Under the pieces are notes generated by a model that searched no databases, had not been told where the DNA came from, and was given only the letters and a program-made list of their open reading frames with translations. A stretch of 53,235 nucleotides of DNA, filler included, from Sphacelaria rigidula (lineage: Eukaryota), in assembly GCA_964200075.2 (NCBI GenBank). It is 3 parts of 3 records of this genome, joined end to end, with 100 filler letters (N's around TTAATTAATTAA, not from the genome) between each part and the next. Parts side by side here need not be neighbours in the genome. Positions count along the whole stretch, not along the records: positions 17,796 to 35,466 come from CAXNAA020001016.1; 2 more parts are not named here. One strand, given 5' to 3'. Positions 21,825 through 34,795 of this stretch are shown piece by piece (positions within the stretch are counted from its first letter, which is position 1; each line of letters opens with the position of its first letter). Both the position numbers and the translations under genes were made by a program.

Positions 21825-23439
21825 TCAAATTACAAAACCTTTCTGATATCTGTGCAGGAACTAGTCCGAAGTTAGCATCTGATGCAGACGCCTTCCGTGG
21901 TCACAGGCTGACTACCCACAATAAGGTATAACGAAGAATATAAAAATAGCACCCAGGAAAAATCATACAGACGCGTACACAAAAATATAAATACTGCTAA
22001 CCTCATGAGGTACGGGGCCGCAAACGACCACTCGCACTACTGGAGACAAAGCCCAACGTTCTCGAAACGCGAGGCCAAACAGAAATAGAGCCAAACTCGG
22101 GGACCAGAGATCACCAGCCATAGCAAAAAGAACCGTGTGGTTCTTCCCTTGTACCTCCGGAGGGATACCCATATGTATAAGTGTACTGGGCATTCGTAAC
22201 AGGAAAAACACCATGCACAACAACCACCTCGGGGGAGGGGGTACAAAGACAGAAAATAATAAGGGAAAAAAATAGACGGAGAATGTGGAGGATTCCTCCC
22301 ACCTCCTCCATGTTCGGTCCGGTACATATTTTGGGTACACGTTATGCCATCTCTCTCTCTTGCTCCCCTCGGCTGCGTTGATATCCTTGTATCCTCGTAA
22401 CCTCAATTTGAACCTTCAGTCACTTGTTCCCCCGCTTATCCCCCTCCGTCCTCTGGGCGATAGTCACTCCTTTCTCTCTTATCTTGTTGTACCGGCGTCC
22501 CGTTTAAGCGCACGTCTTCGACTCACCTCCTCCTCGTCCAGTGCAATTTCTGTGCGGCTGCTACCGCTGCTGTACGGTACACGCAAACGCTTTTCATCAC
22601 TACGCTCCCCCTGGGCTTGTTGCTCGACCTGCAATCTCCTTACGGAAAATTCGAAACGCGCATTGTGGTGTTTTTACGATTTTCGGTAGATCTGGTAACA
22701 CGCACCCAACCTCCCTCAAAAACTACCCACTCACTGACTAGAAACACCTGGGTGTCTCTGAACGGTCAGCCGGCGAAACTGTTCCGAGGCGAGGCTCGTA
22801 GCCTAAGCGTTGACCGCTTGACCAAGATAAATTTTGGATCATAACTGTAGGAGCAGCTACATACAAAATCAACACACAGCCTGGTGCGTTGACACTCGAG
22901 ACGAAGATGGACTGCATCTCAGTGACACGGTTCTCACGACGTCGGCACCTCATAGACACCTCATTGACTCGAACAGCCCAAACGTGACAACCATCAACTA
23001 TCTCATGTTCCCTTTTCGCATTGTCATCGGAATGCTCCTCCGTTGTCACAGAAAACAATCAACGGAAGAGTTCCCATTTTGTTGGTGAGAATGTATTCGA
23101 GAATGTATTCGAACGGGATGAGCAAAGAGCATCGGCCCTCAACCAGTCAAAAGGGCAAAAGAAGGTGGATCATCATCATCATTTACGTTCTCACCGTCGT
23201 TGTATTCTCACTTTTTTTTTTGTCTCCCCTAGGACCCACTTCTGTACTGTGATGTTTCGTGTTCCCTCCGCAGTCCTTCGCCAAAATAAGTATGGTATAT
23301 ACTTACCGGAATGCCCGCACTTTGTGAAGCCCGCACTTGGCCCACACTCGAAAATCATTGCCCTTTTGAACAAAAAATTTGCTTGGGAATTTCTCCGCCG
23401 TTAGTGAAATCTCAGGGCAGATCGGGTAGGCTATTTACT

Positions 23440-23780
23440 AGTGGATACTCGAGTAAAATACCTGGGTATTTACTAGGTATGGCCTCGAATACTCTTCCCA
23501 AAAATTGGATAAATTGGGGATGATCTTGAATACTCTACCCCAGTATTGGGTAAGCACCCTCAGCAGAATCTGGCTATAAAGAAGTATCACTCAGGTATGG
23601 CCTCAATATTATCTCCAAAATTTGGGTGGATTGAACACGATCTCAAATACTGCCCATTTTTTGGGGTAGATTGGGTACGACCTCAAGTACTCTACCCAAA
23701 TATTGAGTAAGCACGCTCAGCAATACCTGGGTATGGAGTATCACCTGGGTACGACCTCAATACTCAACCCAAATTTTGGG
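23440..23780. repeat. Degenerate short tandem repeat (ggtatggcctcgaatactctacccaaaatttgggt-like)
   Basis: About 6-7 diverged units carrying tactct(a)ccca and ttgggta motifs. Confidence 0.55.
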
Positions 23781-23790
23781 TGAGACCGTC

Positions 23791-23988
23791 TCTTAGGCCG
23801 TGTCTCAGCACACTAGTTTTCGATCAAAAATGTGCGGTGGAAAACAAAAATCTCGATCTGATACGTCGGGATTTCAACCATCGTCCAAATTTTGAAAATG
23901 TTTGGAATCACGACCAATCAGATCAGGATTTTTATTTTCCACCGCACGATCTCGATCGACAGCTAATGTGCTTAGACACGGCCTAAGA
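23791..23988. mobile_element. Palindromic MITE (~200 bp)
   Basis: Ends are tcttaggccgtgtctcagcaca and tgtgcttagacacggcctaaga. The inner gtgcggtggaaaa / ttttccaccgcac segments also pair. Confidence 0.8.
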
Positions 23989-24144
23989 CACGTCATTTTT
24001 CGATCGTTCGAAAAGTGCGGTGAAACTGACTTGGAGGAATTCGTTCATTTCTCGCGAGTTGGGTTGGGTCCAAACGAGTTTGCAGAGCTGTTTACCAGTT
24101 GGTCGATGGCGAAATTTCTCGGAAACATCCTTGTTTAAATAACG

Positions 24145-24390
24145 CTAACCCTAACAACCCTAACCCCAACGGAAGGGATAACGAGAACCCTCGGGCGAGA
24201 GGGATGTGAAGCGTTCCCTAGGCGAAGTGTGGCGTTGTCGGACCTCGAAACGGCGCTGTTTGACGAAAATGCGTTCTGCGCACGCGAGGGCCAGTTGGGG
24301 CTGTCAGCCCCGCCAAAGAATCGAATATCTGTGTTGACACTCAAATCAAGTAATAAATCCCGGGAAGGTCCTAATCGACCAAGTGGTGAA
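24145..24390 (+). mobile_element. Dispersed repeat starting with CCCTAA-like tract
   Basis: ctaaccctaacaaccctaacccc followed by cgagaaccctcgggc...gacgaaaatgcgttctg...aatcaagtaat. Homologous to 48535-48740 and partly to the arm of 21241-21824. Confidence 0.65.
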
Positions 24391-24606
24391 CAATACTGGA
24401 TTTGCAAGCTTCCGATCGAAAGAAAACTGAAACTCGCAAGTCGGTCGTCCACGCCACGACGCAGTTCCGTCACCGATCCCCACCATGAAGAAGATGGTCA
24501 AATTTTCGTCAACAAAAATAAACTCATCATACCCAAGTACTGCAATGTACAGTGTATCTATCCCTGTGCCCAATTCGTGCTTTATGCGGCAGGGTTGCGG
24601 TAGTAG

Positions 24607-24817
24607 CTAATGATGAGTTGTGTGGGGTTTGCATGCTTCCGTGAACGGGGGGTGTCTGGCGTGGTGGTCTGCAAGATAGGCGTCGAGTGCCCCTTCATAC
24701 CTTTCCTCCGCATGTTTCCCATCGAAAGAATAGGATAGGATACCGTGTATCGGGTATACCCTTTGCGACGTGCCCTTCATATCCTTGCAGTAGTGTACCT
24801 CCATCAAACGTGGTGCA
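24607..24817 (-). CDS. Possible terminal exon of an unidentified gene (..APRLMEVHYCKDMKGTSQRVYPIHGILSYSFDGKHAEERYEGALDAYLADHHARHPPF..)
   Basis: Protein-like open frame with a possible TAG acceptor upstream and a stop at 24607. No family recognised. Confidence 0.3.
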
Positions 24818-26969
24818 CTAGTCGGACATCACACAAGAAAGCAGTACAATATGTGCACCGGAGAACAGCTCATTTCGGCCACCGAACAAAGTTCAAGTAA
24901 GCGAATACCGATAAACCGTCCATACGCCCTCAAAACGACTATCTCGCAGCCCAGATTCTGTGCACTGTAAGTCAATGCATATGTGGAAATGGTGGTGCAC
25001 TCACTTCCGCATCATGATCACCTGGAAGCGTGCAGTGCTGGTAAACATAGATCAGTAGTGGCACACCCTCTGGATAATGACAATCTGTTGAAAACTTGTT
25101 ACGGTTTCGCCTGTAGACATGCCCATCGCGGGAGGCACGGTCGTACACGCGCTGTCGTCGCTGCCAGGCGCTGAAACATCGGTCACATGTCATATAAACC
25201 ACAATCAACAAGCCCATGTGTCTGGATCTGAGGTCGGGCGTTGCAGCAATGCGCGAGGGAATGAAATAGGTCAGATTCTGTTCCGAAATAACCTTTTTTC
25301 ATTGTGCAACTTTTTTTTTTCTGGCACAGGACTGTCCATCCTCCGCGCGAACGAATCCTTCACGTTGTTTTTGTACTTGTTATCTATGGTGTTGTCTATG
25401 AGGTTTAGGACGCAGCGACTGGAAGCACCGTATAATCGAAGGTACGTACAGTACGGCGCACGGCCCGGATGAGGTTTTCACGAAGACCCAGAGCCCTTCA
25501 CCGTTGTTTTTGTTTTTGCATCACTTTACTTGGCCACTTGAAGAGAGACCCGCGACAAATCTCGCTTGCGTTTTGTGCCAGAGCTATGTCAGCGTGGTGA
25601 CATGTTTGTCAGTCACTGATGTTCGCGTGACTCAGTGCTGAGTTATATAACTCAATTCAACGGCACATGTTCCACTCGGGTGAATTTTACAGCATGACGC
25701 AGCGGTGCATGTCTCATGTCTCCACTGGGGTGATTTAACCAGCATGTAGTACAGTAGCTCAACGCTTGCAACTATGTTTCCAATGGGGTGAGGTATTTAT
25801 ATATATATATATATATCGCGTCTGTGTGAATTTTTCTGACACAAGGACAAGGACAAGAACAAGAAGTCACTCAGCGTTATATGTTGATGTTTCTCCGCCC
25901 GGTTGAGTTGTATAAGTTATCACCTCAGCTGTAACTCTTGATGTTGATGTTCCAGCTCTGGGGTGACTTGTTACGAATGAAGAAGCTGTTGTGAATTGGG
26001 TTTAGGCCGCCGATACCATGTGAGCGATTTCATGTCAACAGACCATGTCATGGCATGTCTCGTGCGGCAGTTTTCATGTGATATGTTGTCCGCAGATCAC
26101 CCGATAATTCCTGTTCTCTGCAGATTACAAATGATTTCAAATAAAGTATTAATATTGGCATACATATGTCATATTCCACCTAGAAGCATATCTACTCGGA
26201 GGTGCATGAGGAGCAATTTTCCATGCCCTAGACAAAAGATTTCATTGTCAAAAACTCTACTGCGTACAGTGTGGAATCTTCTGTCTATTACAATGGACGC
26301 AGTAGTCGATGCTGTACGCAGTTCAGTTTTTGCCGATGTAATCTATAGCATTGTCATTATCCAGGATGTGCAAGTTTTTTACGCACGCCTTCGTACCATT
26401 CGTAATTCGTACGCGTAATATCGTTGTGCACTGCATTCTATCGCTTGTGACTTGAAAACAGGACTCTTTGAGTGACTGGGGCGAGTTATGCAATACCCGT
26501 GGGTTGTCCGACGTGCTCCTGACACGCTCCTGATATGCTTGTGCTCAGCTGCCACGCAGTTGGAGATCTCTTGAGGGATCTCTTGAGGGTGTGCTGGTGT
26601 TCCTCATTGGGCTGTTTTGAGCTGGAAGCTGCTGTTCAGATCCCACGCAATAAACTGATGAGCCGTGAATTAAGTGCTGATACGAAACAAGGAAAAAAAC
26701 ACGTGAATCACCAGAATGATGAGTCATTCTCACGGTGCATTGTCACTTTTTTTGTCTCGTGAAGACGGGACCTAAATATTCACGTGTTGATGTGAAAAGA
26801 TATTCTGCATTCTGGAAAATCACCATTCTAAACCGCAAATGTACTTTTGGTGTTTCGAAGCCACCTGGGGCAGGGAGGGGGGAGGGGTCGCAGCCTGAGG
26901 GATGGCCCCGCAAGGGCCGTGACTAAGACAGCTAACATGTACACATTTACCTAACATGTACACTGCACC

Positions 26970-27327
26970 AACCGGTCCCCGCGGTGGCTCAGTTGGTAAC
27001 CTCGAAACCTTCTGACGGTTGGGTCGTAAGTTCAAATCTCGGAGCGATGTGGGATTTTTTCTCACATAATGCCCAACAGTGGAGAGTGACTACGTCGTGG
27101 GTACAGAAAGTTCGACCAAACGGTTAACGAGGGAAAGGAACTGCTGAACCCCTCTCGCGATGAAGAAGAAACGCAAGCACCGCAGAAGTAAGGTGGAGGG
27201 TTGAAAAAACAAATTGAAGAGAAAAAAAGCTCCTGAGATGACCTTCCTCCTGCGTGACCCCGGCTGGTGCGCCCACATGTACCGAAAGGTGTAGACCGGC
27301 GTCTAGAACAGATGGGACGACAACACA
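26970..27327 (+). mobile_element. SINE family S, full length
   Basis: A box tggctcagttgg, B-box-like agttcaaatc, conserved body and acaacaca tail. Confidence 0.85.
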
Positions 27328-28579
27328 AGGCAGTACCCATGGAATCCCGAACAAAAAAACCGTGGTCGGCCTGACCACCAGCGCACGACGTTTAGTGCTA
27401 ATACCTCCAACACTTATTGCTCATCTACGTAAAATGGTGTCGGTTTCACAGCAACCCCTCCATTCACTGTTGGAGTGTTAGAGGAGGTGTGGCCGTGCGT
27501 GTGGCTGAAACGTTGCTCACGATGCACTTGTCGACCGTTCGTCCGTGTTTTGACGGCGTCTGTTGATCGAATCGTCGCATCTCATTCGATCCCAAGCCGC
27601 ACTGTTGAGATAAAAGTGTCGTACTCTGTTGATCAATAGCCACGGCTCGCGCTATGCATCATCTATCGTGGGACTGGGATTTAAACGTTCATATGGGATT
27701 GTGCCTTAGGTGTGCTCTGTGCTCTGTATGACACTCGTGCACCTCAAGGATTATTATACCGCTCCATCAGGTTTCCCTCGAAGCAAAACGTTTTCATGAG
27801 CAGCCCGGATTGTGTTTTGGTTACTCAAGATTTGTCCTGAAATCACATGTTGCAAGCAGAATAAATGGTATAAGCTATGACGCCAAAAACTGTGAGGCTT
27901 CTCTCCGGGGGGTGGGTGGTATCGTGGTGATTATCGTGTTTCTCTCGGAAGTTTTCTTCTGTAAGCTCCGTTTGTCCCGTGAAGACAGCCTCACACTTTC
28001 ACACTTCCGTACCTTTTGTTATCCAACAATTTTTTCCAATGTTTTCCACTGAGCTGTCCTCGGGCATTTTTTCGCCATGAACAAAAACCAACACGGTCTG
28101 TGAGTGCTGTGTGATGCATCAAGTGCCGCTCCAATTAGGGCGGACTCGAATGGCAACGCACGCGACGTGACTTTGCTTCGCTGCGTTGTAATAGCCACGT
28201 TATGAGAGGCAATCTGGTGGCCGTGGTGGCTATAATGTTTACAGTGTTGGAGCGGCCGTGATTTCTTGCGGTGGGCGTGCAATATTCTTCGAGTCGTACT
28301 TTGGCTGACCGCCTCTGCTCCCGTTATTGACCGACGGACGTTTCTCAGACCTCGTGGTATCTAGGTCGTATCAACGTCGCGGCTCTCCGTGTACAACACG
28401 CTCCTAAGTTTTATGCGCCTATACATGAGTCAGCATGCCTTGATACCAGTCGAGGCATTGTATGGTGTTGTTTCGCTGCTCGGCGTTCAACAAATAAACA
28501 TTCGGTGCAGCGAACCTTCATGTCTTCGGGCACCAGAAACGTATTATGGTCTGCTACAAACGTCGGTGATAGTTTTTAC

Positions 28580-28907
28580 GTTGAGGTACAGGAGTTGTCC
28601 ACTGTAGTGCCCCTCATGTACCCAAATCTCGGAGATCTTGGAGGTGCCTAGCTGTTCCGAGGTATCGGATGAAAGCACATCATATCCCGGAAGGCTGGAA
28701 ATACTTGACACGCCGTGACCGACGTGTGGATATGCAAGTCAATCATATAATCAAGTCAATCATATAATCAAGTCAATCATATAATCAAGTCAATCAAGTC
28801 GAGGTGACCAGCTGATAGCTCCTACCCGCCGGAGAAGAGTTTCCGTCCACGTTCCTTCTCATGTTTTGACGTTATGTGCATAGAGATCAACCTTTGAAGT
28901 CGTCCTA
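28580..28907 (-). CDS. Two phase-compatible candidate exons (28907-28826, 28694-28580) of an unidentified gene
   Basis: cttacag|...|gtagg and tttccag|...|gtaaaa splice into GRLQRLISMHITSKHEKERGRKLFSGGLPGYDVLSSDTSEQLGTSKISEIWVHEGHYSGQLLYLN. Possible upstream exons lie at 31329-31205 and 30188-30150. Confidence 0.4.
28735..28800. repeat. 17-bp tandem repeat (caagtcaatcatataat) x~3.5
   Basis: Exact repeats read directly; they lie in the putative intron of the exon pair above. Confidence 0.9.
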
Positions 28908-29149
28908 CTGTAAGAGGTAGCATTAAGTGGCGAAAGCTTGTGGTGATGCCTGTGGTGTCTATGCTTCCGTTGCTTCAACAGAAGAGGAAGTAATATAATC
29001 TTCAAATTCAATGATTTAGTTCAGTGATGTATAAGATACAATGCACAGGCAAATTCTTCTTGCGCGAAGCCCTTTTGTCCCCTCCTGGTGCTGTACAAGT
29101 ATTACACAAGTGCTGCACGCGAGACGAAAACATTTTGTATATGTGTACT

Positions 29150-29410
29150 GTGTTATGTTGCCGTCACATCCACTTTGGACGACGGTCTATACCTTTCGGT
29201 ACATGTGGGATGCACCAGCCTGGGTCACACAGAAGGAATGTCAACACAAGAGCTTTTTCTTTTTTCTTTTCTGTTAGTACCCCACCTTCCTTCTGCCGTG
29301 CTTACCTTTTTATTTTCATTTATCGCTATAGGGGTTCAGCAGTCCCCTTCCCTCGTCGACCGTCAAGTCGACTTTTGTGTACCCACGATATGGTCGCTCT
29401 TCACTGTAGA
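29150..29410 (-). mobile_element. SINE family S, headless copy
   Basis: Reverse complement of the SINE body (ggtctatacctttcggtacatgtggg...gggtcacacagaaggaatgtcaacac). Confidence 0.75.
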
Positions 29411-30314
29411 GGACGTTCGTATTGCAGCACCACGATCAAGCGATTGGAGTGGAAGCCGTTCATTTGCTGGGTGACATGAACGCATGACACTTTGCTCGAT
29501 GCGAGTGCTCGTGTGTTGAGGATTCCTCCCCCTCCCCCTCCCCATTCGTGTCATTTTGTATCAGGTGCTTATGCTGGTACTCCTGCTGTTGGGGTGGATA
29601 CACGCTAACGGTCTTCCCGTGTGCCGGTGCTAGGCGATGGGTTTGTTCCGTGACACGCGATCGAGTTCAATTTACGGCCGTTCTTCCCCACACCATCACG
29701 CGGGCGTACGACCGAGCTACTTGCGTAGCCGCCGCCGCTTTTGTTCATATTTGTTCGTTGTTTGTGTGTGTGTGTGCGTGCGTGCGGGTTTGTGTGTTCT
29801 CAGTGTTTCGTTGGGAAGGAAATGAAGTCTGATTCGCCACCAACAGCATTTGTTCTGCGTTGTGCGGATTGCGGTGAAAGTAGCAATGCTTCCCTCTCCC
29901 CGTGTGTGTTCAGTTTGTGACCGTTACCGTAGTGTCATGCCTCGATTGAATTTCTACTCTAAAATGAGTATGTTTTTTTCCGCAACGTGCTTGGTGGCGT
30001 CCTCAGAACGATTGCGATGAAGTTGTATAAGCCTTTAGTATGCAGTATGCTTTAGTGCGGACGATCATGGCCGTTAACTTGGTTAGGACTTGGCCACCTT
30101 TCTAGGTTTGCAGTCCAAGTGACAATTTTGTTTTGTTGTTTCTTTATACGTCGAGTCCATATCCATCACCAGCGCAGGGATAGCTGGACTAGCAATAGGA
30201 AGACTTTGCCGTGCGTATTTGTACAAGGATGAAGTAGATTGGGTAGGTATTCATGTATAATGAACAACGTATGCTGAATAAACAAGTGGCTGTGCGGATT
30301 TGGCCCACACCATC

Positions 30315-30575
30315 CCCAACCGTGGGGAGCGACCACGTCGTGGATACACAAAATTCGTCTAGACAGTCGACGAGGGAGAGGGATTGCTGAACGTCTCTCG
30401 CGATGAGAAATAAAAAGGCATGCAAACTCAAAAGGAAGATGGAATACGAAAAACATATAGAAAATAAAAAAAACTCCCGTGTTGACCTTCCTCCTGTGTG
30501 ACCCTGGCTGGTGCAACCATGTATACCGAAAGGTGTAGACCGGGCGTCCAGAAAAGACGGAGCGACAACACACAC
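30315..30575 (+). mobile_element. SINE family S, headless copy
   Basis: Body (ctcccgtgttgaccttcctcctgtgtgaccc...gaaaggtgtagacc) and acaacacacac tail. Confidence 0.8.
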
Positions 30576-32050
30576 TGTGCGAAGACGCCAGTAGCCACAT
30601 ACAGGAGAGAGGATCCGCTGCACCCGTGGACAGGTAGCACCCTGTGGGGCGCACTGTGCAGGGTCCGTACAGGGTCCTCCACAGTCTTTGTGGAAAAAAC
30701 CCTGACAGTGAAATGCAAAATCTGTACCCCTCGTAGCTTTTTGATAGGGTTTTCCCCAGGGTTGAATTTGCAGCCCTGTGTAGGCACGTCAGCAAAGCCC
30801 TGCCCAGTCATGGGGTAGTGTTTGGGTGGGAAAACCTCAGGTTTTTCTTTTGAAAATTCCAAATATTTTGGTACAAAATCTGTAAATTAATATATCTTCA
30901 GTAGCTTGTCCTCCTGTCCGAGGTAAATTCCTCTACACCCGATTTGAATCGAGAGAAAAGGAATTTATTTTGGACAGCAGGACAAGCTCTTCAAAACAGA
31001 TCCTTTTCTCGCCCAATTTATTTCGGCAAAAAAAAGGATTTATTTAGAATAGCAGAAGAAGCTGTTCAAGATCGATTTTTTTTCACCCATTTTTGAGATG
31101 AGCGAAAAAAGGATCTATTGCGAACGACTTCTGCTGCGCAAATCCCATGCACACTGGCAGATTCGGAATTTGACCGGCAGAAGAAGCTCGAAATAAATAT
31201 TTACTTTTCCCTCGAATTCATCCAGAGAAAAGGGGGAAAGAGATTTATGGCGAGCAGCGTCAGCTGCTGGGCAAATCCCGCATACCGCATCGTTACCAGC
31301 GCATGGGATTCGACACGCAGAAAAAGTTGCTGAAAGGTATTCATCCTTTTGCCCCCCAGTCCATGTGTATATAATGTCCACCACCAACAGACATAAATCC
31401 CCATTTTGAGGCACACCAAACAAGACACATCGTACACGAACGAAGTATACATACGTCCATGCAAGCGGCCACGTCTATTTTTGTGGCACACACACATGAC
31501 GAGGCTCTTACCATCGATCGATTTGAAGCTTTCGCTGCACATGGCGTTCGTTCCTCTGTGTGCAGCGCCACAGTTTTTGTTCCAATAACGATATACACCC
31601 ACCCTCAGACACTAGGCGTCGCGTGAAGACCCGCACATGTCCACGCTATGGAAGGTGACTGCCAAGCTGGAATGTCAAAATGTGAAGCACGTACCGTCAG
31701 TGGGATGTAAACGACATCATCTCTCATCATCCTTCAGACGAAAAATCAATGGCATCAAAGGTCCGCACCCCATCAATAGACTCGGAGTCAGGGGACTGCA
31801 AGCGACTGAAAGCGCCCCTGTTTGTGCTCCAGTGCGGCGTAAAATCACGCCTCCGTAATTACCACAAGACAGCTAATTTATCCCCCAAATTAACAACCAA
31901 ATCACATCCTACCGCGCGCGCGGATAGATAATATACTTCATGTAAATCCCTCTTGACACCCCGGACAGGGCAGGACAGGACATCCCTCGTCACCACAAAC
32001 AAATAACACGCGACCCTCTATAATATCTCAATTTGATTTTCAACAAGGAC

Positions 32051-32272
32051 CTAGAGCTCGTCTCTCCTGTCGGCAGGTGGAGGCGACCCGCTTTTTGACC
32101 GTGGGGGATCCAATCGACCAGCCCCACTTCCAGAACCCCCAACCCCGTCACCCTTATTCCCTATTTTTTTCTCGTGTTGCGAGTCGAAGTCCTGCGCGGA
32201 GTGGCCGTTCTTGTCTAGAATGCTACAATCTGCTCCCGCCGCCTCCAGCGCACCTATTATATTCGTGTGAAC
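32051..32272 (-). CDS. Terminal exon of an ankyrin-repeat protein with C-terminal RDEL
   Basis: The acceptor aatacag| is followed by VHTNIIGALEAAGADCSILDKNGHSAQDF, an ankyrin helix-2/loop signature (GAD.s..D..G.sA.D). The exon ends ...DRRDEL-stop. Upstream exons were not found in this piece. Confidence 0.75.
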   Translation of the reverse strand, partial: VHTNIIGALEAAGADCSILDKNGHSAQDFDSQHEKKIGNKGDGVGGSGSGAGRLDPPRSKSGSPPPADRRDEL

Positions 32273-32728
32273 CTGTATTGAAATTCCGCGACATGAGAGG
32301 GGCCGTGTCAAAGACGAGGCAATGTTCGCACAACAGCAACTTTATAATTCACTGTCTGTACTGTACACGACCATCGTGAACGTACGGGCATCCACCTCTG
32401 CACTAGAGTAGCCAACATGTGTGTGTGTGTTGTGCGATGCTGGTGGCATTTTCGTACTGCGCGATTTTTCAACCGTTTTTTTTCGCTCGTCACCGCTCAT
32501 CACAGTCAACGTTTCATCTCAAATTTTTGGAGATCGGAGGATGTTAATTAATATCCACTCCACCTTTCGAAAACGAAATCAAATTTTACAGGGGTTGCCA
32601 TCGACCGCTTCCGGTGGAAAACACACTTTTTACGGCACTAGCGCGATGAATAGGACAAATTGGAGAAAAAAATCGCATGCACCAATCGTCCCAGAGAACG
32701 ATCGGGATTGGTTTCCCCTGTACCACAC

Positions 32729-34727
32729 ACAGCCCGAGCCGCCCAGTCAGCTCACTTTCCTTCAACCCGTTCTAACTTACGATGCATCGCGCGCCGTGCA
32801 TACCATGACACATCGTGGTAATCTGCAAACCAACGCATGTCTTTCACTTTATGTAGCACAGCGATCCGATAAGTTAATATCAAACGATATACCAAACCGT
32901 AGTCAGCTGCAAAGTGTAGACAGTAGAGGGTGACATGTGCGACGGAATCAAGTAAAAAAAACGGCTGTAATCGAATTTTCGGTTACAGTCGGTTGTACCG
33001 CGGCTGCAAGCCGTGGTGCTGCACAAGTTATGCTGGTACCACCATGCATGTCGTACTGTAGGCGCGCAGTGTTTAAGATGGCACACGCAAACGAGGCCCC
33101 CAGCGCGCCAAGGCGTCTGCTTGTAGTGTGCGAACCAGTCAGTGAGCACTGGGTGAAGAAAGTTTGTAGAAAACGTCAGATATCTGGCTGCGGTTGTTGC
33201 ACTTTAAAAGCTAATCAACCGGTTTTTGACAGAAAAACGCGGTTGCGCTGCTCAAATTTTAGTCGTTTACAACGGAATTTTGAGACGATGTACATGAGGT
33301 ATGTGTAACGCCACTACTATAATACTGTTCACTCACGAGAAGAGAAAACAAGGTGAAGTGAGTGATGAACAGTATTATAGTAGTGGCGTTACACATACCT
33401 CATGTACATCGTCTCAAAATTCCGTTGTAAACGACTAAAGTTACGAGCTGTTTCACGCTCAAACTTGGCAAATGCAAATGCCTTTCGCAATACCTACCCA
33501 ATAGTCGCGTAGGTATTGATGCTCCAAATTGAAAAAAATCAATTCTCGACAATATTTCAAAGTTTCTCCGTTTTCCTACCGGCTTCCGGGGATTCCAGTA
33601 TAATGACCCCCGGAAGGCGGTACAGAATGCCTCGGGAGAATAATATATATACATATACATATATGATGCGTCCCGTAATAGTCCAAGGAACACATATACA
33701 AAGTTTGGTCGAGGAACTCGAAAACATGTATAGTTTTTCTTGCTTGAACGTAAAATTTACCGAAAAAGACGCTTTAATACTAAAACCAAGTAGTTAGGAG
33801 TTGCACGTTTCAAGCCTACGTTCTCGCACAAACGCGCAAACCTTCATGCAGTTATCAAGGGTTAGACCCTGGAACTTTGCACAAATGTGCTATGGATCAT
33901 TACGCAAGTTTCGATGGACGAGGTTTTTTTACCCCTCCACTATTTTCACCGTTTTTCGGAGGTCCGACGGGATCCAAGTCGTTTTTTCGAGTAACTTTCA
34001 TTCTGGGACCCCGGAAGAGCGGCACTGCGATTTTTTTTTTTCATTTTTCGCGAACGAGGTGTCCCTTCATAACCCAAGGACAGGCCCCATAAAATTTCGT
34101 GGTGAAAATCGATTAATTGATGCATGAATTTTCATGTTTACGTCAAAGAAGGCCCAAAAACGTCATTTTTGTACTAATAATAATATCAAATAGTTTGCGG
34201 TTTCACCGCGGCACGGCGAAGTTCACCCCACAAACGCGGAGAACCTCACACGCCGTTTCAAGGAGTTGCATCGTGAAAGTTTGCACAACTGTGCTGTGGG
34301 TCATTACGCAACTTTGCATGAGCGAGTTTTTTTCTCTTGTTCTCTCTACCGTTTGACGGGGGTCCGACTGGATCGAAATTTCATAGTTCGATACGAAAAC
34401 GCGATTATGCTGCTCAATTTCGGTCGTTTGCTATGAAATTTTGACAACATGTACCGGACGTATGTGGGAAGACCTCATCTTCCGCTCCCCTCTATTTTTT
34501 TATTCTCCCATGAGATATTAGCGACAGAAAATGTCGGAACAGTATTTTTTCGGAACTGAACGCGAAGAACTCACGAAAAAAAATATGCAGGGGAAGAAAG
34601 ATGGGTTTTTCGCACGTACGTCTTGCACATGGTGTCAAAAATTGACAGTGAACGAGCCAAAATCGAGCAGCATAATCGCGTGTAGACAGATAGATATTCA
34701 CCTTCGCGTCTTGGGCGACCCAGCCTA
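32729..34727 (+). mobile_element. Family A-related TIR element with internal hairpin and insertion
   Basis: 32729-33306 and 34395-34727 are homologous to 14660-15818. The right end is gcgacccagccta|ta. It is interrupted by 33258-33439 (hairpin) and ~33440-34390 (unrelated sequence). Confidence 0.65.
33258..33439. repeat. Perfect inverted repeat, 74-bp arms
   Basis: 33258-33331 is the exact reverse complement of 33366-33439, with a 34-nt spacer that pairs partially. Confidence 0.92.
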
Positions 34728-34795
34728 TATTCACAATTCAGTTGGGCAATTTTCGTCGTTGTTTCCCTTTCTTCCTCGCGTAGTATTCTACCCTA

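Noticed and set aside
24985-25170. In-frame TGA in an exon-like segment (possible selenocysteine)
   Set aside because: The reading frame is ambiguous, there is no redox motif context, and no SECIS element was identified.
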